DNA of 64,000 bases, from NCBI GenBank assembly GCA_035550375.1, contig DASZPH010000071.1, positions 12,253 to 76,252 on the forward strand, read 5' to 3'. This stretch comes from Pirellulales bacterium. GTDB taxonomy: Bacteria > Planctomycetota > Planctomycetia > Pirellulales > JAICIG01. Within the stretch, counting starts at the first letter, position 1. Each line of letters opens with the position of its first letter. The position numbers and the translations under genes are program-made. The notes beneath the pieces were generated by a model that saw only the letters and a list, made by a program, of their open reading frames with translations, was not told where the DNA came from and ran no database searches. Shown piece by piece: positions 36,824-45,480 of the stretch.

Positions 36824-36830
36824 CATACTT

Positions 36831-36867
36831 CCCTCTCCCTCCGGGAGAGGACTGGGGTGAGGGCAGG
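36831..36867 (+). repeat. REP-like GC-rich intergenic element (CCCTCTCCC...GGGAGAGG...GGGTGAGGGC), copy 1
   Basis: 36831-36867 reads ccctctccctccgggagaggactggggtgagggcagg, 8 nt after the stop of the DUF1501 gene. The internal stem is CCTCTCCC/GGGAGAGG. A related copy lies at 40289-40328. Confidence 0.55.
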
Positions 36868-37006
36868 CAGCGCTCGTCAGTCGCTTAGCTCCGCCCGATC
36901 CGGTTCGCCTCTGAGCCGGTCGTATCGTGGCCACGTCGACTGACGCAGAAATTCCCGGCGGCCCGCTCGCGGAAGGACACACAGGGAAACCAAAGCGGAC
37001 GAAACT

Positions 37007-37849
37007 CTAACGCCTTCGCACGAGGCCTCGTTGCGGCGACTCGCGTACGATCGCGTACGGCTCGTGTTGGTCGAATACCGTATCCCAATCGACCGCGTCT
37101 ACATGCCAAACTTCCTCCCCTTGATAACGTCCGCGAAACTCGACGATGTTCATGCGGGCCAGTGCATAACGCCATTGGCTATCGTCCCCGTCCGTCGCTT
37201 CGAGCAGAAGATATGCCTCCGGGTCCGTCGCCTCCGCGAACACGAACAGCCCGCCGTCCACGACCTTCGCCGATGCACAGGAATATCGGTAGATCGGCTG
37301 GGGCAGCAGCCGCATTTCGCCCGTTAACTGCTCGGGATGGTTTCGCTCCACCGTGAACCCGCGCGCGAGTTCACCCATCTGTCGCCGCCGCGCGGTGTTG
37401 GTTGTCGCGGGAGTCGGTGCTCGCGGGACCGGTCGAAACACGACCCCCGCCGCCGGCGGATTCCAGAATTCCTTGCCGCCGCGGCACCCCGCAATGCCCG
37501 GCCGCGACAGCGCGTGCAACCCCGTGTCGAGTTTTCCCTCGCTACGAAAGTCGAAAATCGCACCCACGATCTCGGGCCGGCCTTGCCAGGTCCACACGAA
37601 CACATTGCCATACACGTCGCCGCGAACGGGATTCGAATACCTCAGCAACGGCTCCGGCTTCAGCAGCAGCGGCGTTTTGTGATCGGCGTCGGCGAAGAAC
37701 TCATACTTGCGAGCGAGTTCGAGGATCCGCTCGGCGGAATCCACCGGCTGGGTCGGTTGTTCTTCCGCCTCGGCGACCGGAATGACTACGGCGAGGATGG
37801 CCGCAAAGATCAGCAGCAACCGCGGAGACAACATCGTCCAAACCTCCAC
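37007..37849 (-). CDS. Exported hypothetical protein
   Basis: Signal peptide MLSPRLLLIFAAILAVVIPVAEAEE. The composition is globular with high GC3. No family was recognised. Confidence 0.65.
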   Translation of the reverse strand: MEVWTMLSPRLLLIFAAILAVVIPVAEAEEQPTQPVDSAERILELARKYEFFADADHKTPLLLKPEPLLRYSNPVRGDVYGNVFVWTWQGRPEIVGAIFDFRSEGKLDTGLHALSRPGIAGCRGGKEFWNPPAAGVVFRPVPRAPTPATTNTARRRQMGELARGFTVERNHPEQLTGEMRLLPQPIYRYSCASAKVVDGGLFVFAEATDPEAYLLLEATDGDDSQWRYALARMNIVEFRGRYQGEEVWHVDAVDWDTVFDQHEPYAIVRESPQRGLVRRR

Positions 37850-38180
37850 GAAGAACCTGTACCGTCAACATGGCAAACTAGAGACATTCTGTCTATTCTT
37901 ACGCTGCGCGTCAACGACTTGTTGAGGGGCCGCGATCCGGTTACGTCGTCGGCACGATTGACCGCCCGCAGATAAACGGCCGCGAAGACGACACTTGTAC
38001 GAGCGAACAACGCGGCGCGATTCATCGGCTCCCCCGGTCAGCCGCGCGAACTAATCGCAAGAACTGTCGGCTCGACCGTGGCATAGTCACCGACCCTGCG
38101 AGCCACCAGCAGATATGCCGTCGGCGGCGTCGAGAGGCAAGCCGACAACGGGTATAATGCGGCCCACAACGAGCGTACCT

Positions 38181-39356
38181 ATGGAATGGACTTACGACTT
38201 TAATCCCCCCGGCAAGATCGTTTTTGGCTGGGGCCGGCGCGAGGAAGTCGGCAGGCTGGCCGGCGAACTGGGCAACCGCGCCTTTCTCGTTTGCGGGTCG
38301 CGGACGCTGGAAGCCAGCGGCGAGATCGACAAGCTCACGAAGTCGCTGGAGCAAGCGGGCGTCGGCGTTCGACGCTTGTTCGAGATCCGCCACGAGCCGC
38401 AGGTGGAAGACGTCGACCGTTGCACAGAGCGACTTCGAGCGCAAGAGGCAGGTCAGGGAGATCTGCTGCTGGCCATCGGCGGCGGGTCGGCGATCGACCT
38501 GGCCAAGGCCGCCGCGGCGATGATCACCAATCGGCAAAGCACAACCGTCGCCGACTACCTGGAGGGGGTCGGGCGAGGCTTGAAGCTGCTCGCGCCGCCC
38601 TTGCCGCTGCTGGCGATACCGACCACGGGCGGCACCGGCAGCGAAGCGACCAAGAACGCCGTGATTTCGTCGTACGACCCACCGTTCAAGAAGAGCCTGC
38701 GGCACGATCGGATGGTGCCGCGCGCCGTTCTGGTCGATCCGGAGCTGAGCGTGGGCGTGTCGCCGACGACCACCGCCTGGACCGGCATGGACGCCATCAC
38801 CCAACTCATCGAAAGCTACGTATCGCGATTCGCCCGGCCGCTGCCGCGGTCGCTGGCCCTGGGAGCGATGCGGCCGGCCCTGACGGCTCTGCCCGAGGCG
38901 GTGCGCGACGGCAGCTCGCGCCCCGCGCGAGAGGCGATGGCCCACGCCGCCCTGGTGTCGGGCATGGCGCTGGCCCACTCCGGGCTGGGGCTGGCCCACG
39001 GCGTTGCCGCGGCGCTGGGCGTACACGGAAAAGTTCCGCACGGGCTGGCATGCGCCGTGATGTTGCCGGTTGCCCTGCGCGTGAATCGACCCGTCTGTGA
39101 GAAGGAGCTTGCCGAGTTGGCCCGCGGGGCCCTGGCGGGCAACTGGCAAACCGCTGCCGCGGCCGCCGACGCATTCCTGCGCGCGATCGACGAGCTGGCG
39201 GCCGCGGTCGGCGTGCCGAAGCGACTCTGCGAGCTGGGTATCCGCCGTGAGCAGCTACCCGATCTTGTCGTCAGCTCGCGGGGCAACAGCATGAACGGCA
39301 ACCCCGTGCAATTGACCGACGGCGAACTGGGGCGGCTTTTGGAGGAGGTGTTGTGA
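38181..39356 (+). CDS. Iron-containing (group III) alcohol dehydrogenase family protein
   Basis: The ATG at 38181 gives MEWTYDFNPPGKIVFGWG. Fe-ADH blocks are LLAIGGGSAIDLAKA, AIPTTGGTGSEATKNAVI, WTGMDAITQLIESY and GLGLAHGVAAALG...HG. Confidence 0.85.
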   Translation: MEWTYDFNPPGKIVFGWGRREEVGRLAGELGNRAFLVCGSRTLEASGEIDKLTKSLEQAGVGVRRLFEIRHEPQVEDVDRCTERLRAQEAGQGDLLLAIGGGSAIDLAKAAAAMITNRQSTTVADYLEGVGRGLKLLAPPLPLLAIPTTGGTGSEATKNAVISSYDPPFKKSLRHDRMVPRAVLVDPELSVGVSPTTTAWTGMDAITQLIESYVSRFARPLPRSLALGAMRPALTALPEAVRDGSSRPAREAMAHAALVSGMALAHSGLGLAHGVAAALGVHGKVPHGLACAVMLPVALRVNRPVCEKELAELARGALAGNWQTAAAAADAFLRAIDELAAAVGVPKRLCELGIRREQLPDLVVSSRGNSMNGNPVQLTDGELGRLLEEVL

Positions 39357-40279
39357 TTCTCGCGGCCGGACTGACGCCTGCCTGGCAACAAATTCTGCGT
39401 TTCGATTCGCTCGAGCTGGGCGAGGTCAACCGTGCACGGGAAGCGCACTGGTGCGCCTCTGGCAAGGTTTTTAATGTGGCCATTGCCCTGGCGCAGCTCG
39501 GCGCCGTATGCCGGATGATCAGTCCCATCGGCACGAACGTTCGTAGCGAGGTCGAGCGGGAGCTCTCCGCGCTGGGCGTTCACTCCCGGCTGGTCGTTTC
39601 CGACTCGCCGACGCGGGTGTGTACGACGCTCATCGAATCGGCCAGCGGCACGGTGACCGAGTTGGTCGAAAACGCCCGCCCGCTCGATGTGGCGGTCATC
39701 GATCGCGTGACCGAGTTGTTTGCCGTCGAGGCGGCGTCGGCAGGCGTGCTCGTGCTGACGGGCTCCTTGCCGGCCGGAACGCCGGCGAGCTTCTATCGCG
39801 ACCTTCTGACTGGCTCGACGGGCAAAGTCGTGCTCGATGCGCGCGGGCCCGAGCTGCTGGCGGCGCTGGAGGCGCGGCCGTTTGTCGTCAAACCCAACCG
39901 CGAGGAGCTCGGCCACACGATGCACGAGCCGCTGACGGACGATGCCGCTCTGCTGGGGGCGATGCGGGAGCTTAACGCGCGCGGGGCCGAGTGGGTCGCC
40001 GTGACGGAAGGAAAACGGGCCGTCTGGGCAACGTCCGCCGAGGGCGTCTGGCGGTTGCGGCCGCTGCTGGTCGAGCCCGTCGTCAACCCGATCGGCTGCG
40101 GCGACTGTCTGGCCGCCGGACTCGCCTGGGGACTTTCGACCAACCGCGAGCTGCTGGAGAGCCTCGCGATCGGCATCGCCGCCGCGGCACAAAACGCCAC
40201 CCAACTCTTGCCCGCTCGCATCAACGGCCCGCGGGCCATCGACGCCGCCCGCGGTGTGACCATCGAACGGGTGCAATAA
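39353..40279 (+). CDS. PfkB-family sugar/sugar-phosphate kinase (1-phosphofructokinase / tagatose-6-P kinase-like)
   Basis: The GTG start overlaps the ADH stop (GTGA). Blocks are GKVFNVAIAL, VVLDARGPEL, VKPNREEL, and the ATP-site motif NPIGCGDCLAAGLAWG. Confidence 0.85.
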   Translation: MILAAGLTPAWQQILRFDSLELGEVNRAREAHWCASGKVFNVAIALAQLGAVCRMISPIGTNVRSEVERELSALGVHSRLVVSDSPTRVCTTLIESASGTVTELVENARPLDVAVIDRVTELFAVEAASAGVLVLTGSLPAGTPASFYRDLLTGSTGKVVLDARGPELLAALEARPFVVKPNREELGHTMHEPLTDDAALLGAMRELNARGAEWVAVTEGKRAVWATSAEGVWRLRPLLVEPVVNPIGCGDCLAAGLAWGLSTNRELLESLAIGIAAAAQNATQLLPARINGPRAIDAARGVTIERVQ

Positions 40280-40288
40280 GAAAAGCAA

Positions 40289-40328
40289 CCCTCTCCCTTC
40301 GGCCTTCGCGAGAGGCCAGGGTGAGGGC
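40289..40328 (+). repeat. REP-like GC-rich intergenic element, copy 2
   Basis: 40289-40328 reads ccctctcccttcggccttcgcgagaggccagggtgagggc, 10 nt after the pfkB-like stop. It shares the CCCTCTCCC, GAGAGG and GGGTGAGGGC blocks with copy 1. Confidence 0.55.
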
Positions 40329-40587
40329 GTGTTGCGGCGAAAGTCGGTTAGCCGTGGAGCGCGCTTCGACGGACGCGGGTGGTTCTGCTTGAGTAAGATG
40401 CTCACCCCAGGCCCCTCGCTCCAGAGGGCCCGCGCAGAGCGGACGCCGAGGCCCCGACCTCACGACGCAACGAGAGGTCTAGGGCGCCGCATCGGTTTGC
40501 TGTCGCCGCGTCGAAGGGCTATGTTGATGATCCGGCAACCGGAGCATTGCCGCACTGTCCAAGATCCTTCTGGTGGAGGCCCGCCCG

Positions 40588-41895
40588 ATGTGCCCGCTGC
40601 CCAAAGCGACTCGCCGCGAATTCCTTCGTAAATCGGCAGCCGCCGGCGCCGTTCTCGCCGCGCCGACCATCGTGCCGGCCCGTGCCTTAGGACGAGCCAA
40701 GTCCACCGCGCCGAGCGAAACGATCACGCTGGGTGTCATCGGCATCGGCCCGCGATGCACTTACGATCTCAAGGCCATGCTTGGCCTGTCGGACATCCGC
40801 TGCCTGGCGATCGCCGACGTGCAGGCGAGCCGCCGCGACGCCGGCAAGACGCTCGTCGACACTCACTACGGCAACCAGGACTGCAAACTGTATCGCGACT
40901 TTCGCGAACTGCTCGACCGCAAAGACATCGACGCGGTGTTGATCGCGACGGGCGACCGCTGGCACGCGCCAGCCTCGATGCTGGCTGCCGAGGCGGGCAA
41001 GGACGTCTACAGCGAAAAACCGTGCGGTTTGACGATCGGCCTCTGCCAGCAACTCGCCGACACCCTTGACCGCACCGGACGCGTGTTTCAGGCCGGCACC
41101 CAGCGGCGGAGCGTTCCCAATTTCCAGCAGGCCATCGAGCTGGCCCACAGCGGAAAACTCGGCAAGATCCACACGCTTTACGCCTCGGTCTACACGCCCG
41201 CGCTGGACAACGCCTGGCTGGCCGGAGAACCGATGCCGTCTCGCGACGTAGTCGACTGGAATTTGTGGCTCGGCCCCGCGCCCTGGCGGCCCTACAACAG
41301 CCAGTACGTGTCGGGCAAGTGGCGCGGCTATTGGGACTTCGATTCGGGAGCGAAGCTGCTCGACTGGGGCGCGCACACGGTCGACCTCTGCCAGTGGGCC
41401 AACAAGGCCGACGATACCACGCCCATCGAATTCCAGCCCAACGAAAACAACATCACGGCCCTCTATGCCAACGGCGTGAAGCTTGTGCTCGATTTTTTGA
41501 AGACTCCCTTTGGCGAACGTCCGGGCTGGGTCCAGCATCTGGGCACGTGCCCGGTGCGGTTTGTCGGTGACGAAGGTTGGGTCGAAACGGGCGACAGCGG
41601 CGAGATCGAAGTCTCGTCGGCGGCACTGAAGGCCGAAGTCGACAAGCCGGGCAAGAAGGTGGCCGGCCTGGACGTTTCGGCCCACGCCCGCAACTTTTTC
41701 GACTGCATTCGCTCCCGGGACGAGACTGCCGCCAACGCCCACGTGATGCGGCGGTCGCACATCTCTTGTCACGCCGCCGCGATGTCTTGGATTTTGAAGC
41801 GGCCGCTGAAGTTCGACCCGGTCAAGGAAGAGTTCGTCGACGACGACGAGGCGAACCGGCTGCGCTCGCGCCCCGCACGGGAGTGGAGCACGTGA
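40588..41895 (+). CDS. Gfo/Idh/MocA-family oxidoreductase with a Tat signal
   Basis: GGAGG lies 8 nt before the ATG at 40588. Tat signal MCPLPKATRREFLRKSAAAGAVLAAP. Rossmann motif LGVIGIGPR, then EKPCGLT. Confidence 0.85.
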   Translation: MCPLPKATRREFLRKSAAAGAVLAAPTIVPARALGRAKSTAPSETITLGVIGIGPRCTYDLKAMLGLSDIRCLAIADVQASRRDAGKTLVDTHYGNQDCKLYRDFRELLDRKDIDAVLIATGDRWHAPASMLAAEAGKDVYSEKPCGLTIGLCQQLADTLDRTGRVFQAGTQRRSVPNFQQAIELAHSGKLGKIHTLYASVYTPALDNAWLAGEPMPSRDVVDWNLWLGPAPWRPYNSQYVSGKWRGYWDFDSGAKLLDWGAHTVDLCQWANKADDTTPIEFQPNENNITALYANGVKLVLDFLKTPFGERPGWVQHLGTCPVRFVGDEGWVETGDSGEIEVSSAALKAEVDKPGKKVAGLDVSAHARNFFDCIRSRDETAANAHVMRRSHISCHAAAMSWILKRPLKFDPVKEEFVDDDEANRLRSRPAREWST

Positions 41896-42365
41896 CGACC
41901 GATCCTCGCCTTGCCTCACCTCGCACCGCCGCCGATCGGACTGCAACGGTGCGGCCCGTCGCCGAGAGCGAAGCGACCGGTCGCGTCGCCGAGATTTTTG
42001 CCGACATTCGCCAGACGAAGAACATCGACTTCGTCCCCAACCTGTGGCGCACGTTGGCGACCAATCCGACGCAGCTTGAAGTCGTCTGGAACGCCCTCAA
42101 GACGCTGATGCACCCCGAGGCGGTCCGCCGCCAGCTGGCCCTTGACGCCAGAACGCGGGAGATCGTCGCCCTGGCCGTGTCGGCGACGAACGGTTGCGCC
42201 TACTGTGTTAACTCCCACACCGCGGCGCTGCAAAAGCTGGGTCTGTCAACGGAAGCCCTGGGCGAGGTGCTCGCGATCGTCGGCCTGTTCAACATGACGA
42301 ACAAGCTTGCCGACGGCTACCAGATCGAGCCCGACGTGCTGCCGAAGCTGGACCCCGGGGACTAA
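41892..42365 (+). CDS. Carboxymuconolactone decarboxylase family / AhpD-like protein
   Basis: The GTG at 41892 overlaps the upstream stop (GTGA). AhpD-like motif ALAVSATNGCAYCVNSHT (CxxC...H). Confidence 0.8.
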   Translation: MTTDPRLASPRTAADRTATVRPVAESEATGRVAEIFADIRQTKNIDFVPNLWRTLATNPTQLEVVWNALKTLMHPEAVRRQLALDARTREIVALAVSATNGCAYCVNSHTAALQKLGLSTEALGEVLAIVGLFNMTNKLADGYQIEPDVLPKLDPGD

Positions 42366-42599
42366 AGGCCGTGGGTCGTTTATGCCGTCGCTAGAAGGCG
42401 ATCGTGAGGCCGTGGTTTCTGGCGCATCGAAGCCGCGTTCCCCTTCAAGGGCTATTCTGCATTTCGGGCAATACCAGGGAGCGGGCGTTTTGACGGGCTT
42501 CGGGCTCCGCTTGTGGCACTTGGCGCAGCGGTATCGATTGCCCTTAACCGCCGTCTTGGGGCGCGACTTCTTACCGGTCCTGAGAATGTTTCTGTCCAT
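42246..42599 (-). CDS. Small basic zinc-ribbon protein (hypothetical); C-terminal extent doubtful
   Basis: MDRNILRTGKKSRPKTAVKGNRYRCAKCHKRSPKPVKTPAPWYCPKCR has high GC3 and a CxxC...CxxC pattern. After about codon 50 the codon bias weakens. The frame stays open only because it is antisense to the last 120 nt of the AhpD-like gene. Confidence 0.35.
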   Translation of the reverse strand: MDRNILRTGKKSRPKTAVKGNRYRCAKCHKRSPKPVKTPAPWYCPKCRIALEGERGFDAPETTASRSPSSDGINDPRPLVPGVQLRQHVGLDLVAVGKLVRHVEQADDREHLAQGFR

Positions 42600-43485
42600 C
42601 AGCAGTCCTCATTCTTGCGGCCAATTCTGATACGTGCGCTCGCATTTCGTCCGCCGGCAAATGAGCCTTCTGGCCGTGGCCCGGCAGCACCCACTCGAAA
42701 CGATAATCGGCGAGCCTCCTTATCGACTCAGCCTGCTGCGGCCAGGAGTACCAGCAGTAGTCCTCCGAGGCGGCCAGCCGCTGCTCGTCGCGGTCCCAAT
42801 CCAGATGATCGCCAGTGAAAAGGAAGCGGTCCTGAAGAAGCAGCACGCAGTGTCCCTTGCTGTGGCCCGGCGTCCAGACGACGTGAAAACGGGGAAGCAC
42901 ATCCCAGGGCCCCTCGCCGTCGAGGACGATCTCCGCACCCGGTTGCGACGACAATTCGTCTCGATGAATGACGCGCCGGCTCGCGAAATGTTCGGCATAG
43001 CGCTCGGCATCGGCCACGTCGTCTCGATGCGTCAAGAAGATGTAGCTCACGCCCCCAAGCGTCTCCAAACGCCGCACAAGGGGCGACACGAATCTCGGCG
43101 AGTCGATCAGCCAATTTCCCGCCGCGTGGCGGATGAAATAACTGTTTCCGCCGTAAGACTTGGGCGAGTTGTAGCCGCAGTAGAAGACCGGTTCCTCGAC
43201 GACCAACGGAAAGTCGGACATAACGTCCTTCACGTCGTCGCCGGCCAGGCACCCGATCGACCCGGTCGGGCAGGCGAGCATGGCGGCAAGCGCGCCTCGC
43301 CGCTCGGAAGTCGAAATCGGCTGAGCCTTCACGAACGACGTTTCGGCCGCCTCGCCAAAGACGGCCGGAGCGATCTGCCGGCAGGCATCGCAGTCGATGC
43401 AGGTCGAATCGACAAAGAAGTCGCCCGCAACGTTCTCCGGCACTCGTTTCCTCGGGTTTGCCACAACGGAGCCTCCGTGTCCCAT
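42571..43485 (-). CDS. Ferredoxin-domain / metallo-beta-lactamase-fold fusion protein
   Basis: N-terminal Fe-S ferredoxin-like segment FFVDSTCIDCDACRQIAP...MLACPTGSI. MBL blocks are IFLTHRDDVAD, TPGHSKGH, FTGDHLD and LPGHG. The start is the ATG at 43485, or alternatively 43521. Confidence 0.8.
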   Translation of the reverse strand: MGHGGSVVANPRKRVPENVAGDFFVDSTCIDCDACRQIAPAVFGEAAETSFVKAQPISTSERRGALAAMLACPTGSIGCLAGDDVKDVMSDFPLVVEEPVFYCGYNSPKSYGGNSYFIRHAAGNWLIDSPRFVSPLVRRLETLGGVSYIFLTHRDDVADAERYAEHFASRRVIHRDELSSQPGAEIVLDGEGPWDVLPRFHVVWTPGHSKGHCVLLLQDRFLFTGDHLDWDRDEQRLAASEDYCWYSWPQQAESIRRLADYRFEWVLPGHGQKAHLPADEMRAHVSELAARMRTADGQKHSQDR

Positions 43486-43616
43486 TCTACCGCCGTGGGA
43501 CACCCTCGGCCGAGCAGGCATGGCTCCGCCGGCAGAAGTAGCAGACACGCTCCCGGTTAAAGTTAAACGATGAGGCGCGTCGAACCTGAAACTTCCGAAA
43601 CGCACACGGTGCTGCG

Positions 43617-44948
43617 TTAGGGGAAACACCTGCCGAAGGCCAAAAGCAACTTCGGCGACCCGTGGATCCGTATGCGACGGCGCAACAGCGCCCAGAGCAA
43701 GCTGCGTTCTTTCGCCAGAAAGCCGAGCCAGGTTTGGCTGTCGGCGGTAACGCGCAAGTCGGGCGCGCCTTGGTGCCCGTCCTGGACCTGCAGGGTGCCG
43801 TCGCGGATGACCACCGTCGCTTGCTTGGGCTCCCTGCCGGTGAACGTGAAGTGGTAGACGGAGTTTAAGGCGGCCGCCTTGCCCGGCTGGAACGTCAGGC
43901 GCAGGCCGGCCAGGAAACGCCGGATGGACCGGGGCCGCAACCCGTTGCTGACCCGCTTGATCGTTTTGTGGGGAAAGTGGCGAGTCACGTGGTCTTCGGC
44001 GTCGGAGCCGGGGACGACGTAAATCGTCTCCTCTTTGGCTTGCAGCGGCCTGACGGTCTGGCGGAGATGCCCGGCCTTGTCGGTCAGGTAGGGGCCGATC
44101 ACATCCTCGCCAGCCGGGCAGACCGACAGGCAGTAAGCCGCCTTGTAGTTGGGACCGAAAGAGAGGCTCTGCCACATCGAGGCCGACTCCGAATCGGCGA
44201 CCTTCTCGCGGTACTCAAGCGCGTTTTTGCTGTCCGCGATCTGCTCGATCCAGTCGGTGAATCCGCTCATGAACTCCCGATAGTTGTGCGTGTAGCAGGC
44301 CGCGAAGTTGAAATCGCCGTCCGGCGAGATCGCGCCCACGGGACAGGCCGCGACGCAAAGCTTGCACTCCAGGCAGGGGTTGTAAGAGACCGGCTCGTCG
44401 TAAGCGGTTGCCTCGGCGCCGATGAGCACGGTTCCCAGCAGGATGAAGTTGCCGAATTTGGGGTGGATGACGTTGCGGTGAACGCCCATCTGGCCAAGCC
44501 CCGCAGCAACCGCCACGGGCTTGTGTCCCACGACCCAGATTTTGCCCTCCGAGAAACGATCCATCTCCATCGGAAAGCCCATCGCCGGGTTCATCGCCCG
44601 CACCCCCTGCCTTTCCAGCGTTGCGACGACCTTGCGGGCGACCTCGTTGACGTGGTCGCCCGTGTGATGGAATTCGAGGTTGGCGACCGATCGGGCCGGA
44701 CTCCGGATCGGCTCGCGGTTCATGCGGCAGACGAAACTGAGCAGCGTCTTCGCGGGCGGGAAGGCGCGCAGGATATCTTCGCGTTGGTCGTCGAGCGCCG
44801 GGCGATCGATCTCGACGAGACCGGCGTCGTCCGCCCCGCAATCGAGGCAGAGCTGCCGCAACCATTCGGCGTCGAGAATCTTGGGTGCGGTCAGCGGGTG
44901 GGCATTTTGCCGGAATTGACGCACGGTCGGATGTTCGGCGAGTTTCAT
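43617..44948 (-). CDS. QueG/reductive-dehalogenase-like 4Fe-4S protein fused to a C-terminal SCP2 sterol-carrier-like domain
   Basis: NPCLECKLCVAACPVGAI and YCLSVCPAGE (two Cys clusters). The C-terminus is YHFTFTGREPKQATVVIRDGTLQVQDGHQGAPDLRVTADSQTWLGFLAKERSLLWALLRRRIRIHGSPKLLLAFGRCF (SCP2-like). The ATG at 44948 is preceded by GGAGG. The track start at 44954 is TTG. Confidence 0.8.
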   Translation of the reverse strand: MKLAEHPTVRQFRQNAHPLTAPKILDAEWLRQLCLDCGADDAGLVEIDRPALDDQREDILRAFPPAKTLLSFVCRMNREPIRSPARSVANLEFHHTGDHVNEVARKVVATLERQGVRAMNPAMGFPMEMDRFSEGKIWVVGHKPVAVAAGLGQMGVHRNVIHPKFGNFILLGTVLIGAEATAYDEPVSYNPCLECKLCVAACPVGAISPDGDFNFAACYTHNYREFMSGFTDWIEQIADSKNALEYREKVADSESASMWQSLSFGPNYKAAYCLSVCPAGEDVIGPYLTDKAGHLRQTVRPLQAKEETIYVVPGSDAEDHVTRHFPHKTIKRVSNGLRPRSIRRFLAGLRLTFQPGKAAALNSVYHFTFTGREPKQATVVIRDGTLQVQDGHQGAPDLRVTADSQTWLGFLAKERSLLWALLRRRIRIHGSPKLLLAFGRCFP

Positions 44949-44962
44949 CTCCAAAAACCTCC

Positions 44963-44992
44963 GTAATTTTGTATATGCAAATACATGGCCAA
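44963..44992 (-). promoter_or_regulatory. Promoter-like region with an embedded MarR-type operator (copy 2), upstream of the QueG-like gene
   Basis: The reverse strand reads TTGGCC-atgTATTTGCATATACAA-AATTAC, then GGAGG and ATG. The 15-nt core (plus-strand TTGTATATGCAAATA, 44969-44983) is identical to the one upstream of marR. Confidence 0.55.
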
Positions 44993-45002
44993 AAAAAACC
45001 GA

Positions 45003-45455
45003 TCAACCGGCGGCTTGTGCCCCACGAAGTTTCCCCGCGGCTTTGTCGAGCAAGGCGCTTCCTTGTTCCCCCAACAGGTCGGCGGCCTGACGCTGGGCCT
45101 TCTCCCAGGCGGGAAACGCCTTGTCGATCAGTCGTTTCCCCTGGGGCGTCAACCGAAAGGGCTGGGCGCGGGCGTCCTCCTCGGGCACGACTTCCAGCCA
45201 GCCGTTGGCCCGCATGCGTTCGACGTTGCGGCTCAGCGTGGACGTGTCGAGCTGCAGAATGTCGCAGACCTGGGCGGGTCGGGCGAGACCGAGCTTGGCG
45301 GTCACGACCAGGATGTTTAATTGGCTGACTTTTAAGCCCAAAGGGCGCAGGGCGTCGTCGTAGAAGTTGGTGACCACCCGGTTCAGCGACCGTAGGCGCA
45401 CGGCGATACAGTTGCGGGCGATGGTGTCGATGTTGGGGTTCGTCGCTTTGTCCAT
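45003..45455 (-). CDS. MarR-family transcriptional regulator
   Basis: A winged-helix region: LGLKVSQLNILVVTAKLGLARPAQVCDILQLDTSTLSRNVERMRANGWLEVVPEEDARAQPFRLTPQGKRL. About 150 aa. The ATG at 45455 is used; the track start at 45458 is GTG. Confidence 0.88.
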   Translation of the reverse strand: MDKATNPNIDTIARNCIAVRLRSLNRVVTNFYDDALRPLGLKVSQLNILVVTAKLGLARPAQVCDILQLDTSTLSRNVERMRANGWLEVVPEEDARAQPFRLTPQGKRLIDKAFPAWEKAQRQAADLLGEQGSALLDKAAGKLRGAQAAG

Positions 45456-45480
45456 CACGTGTTCTCTTCCTCAGACGCCA

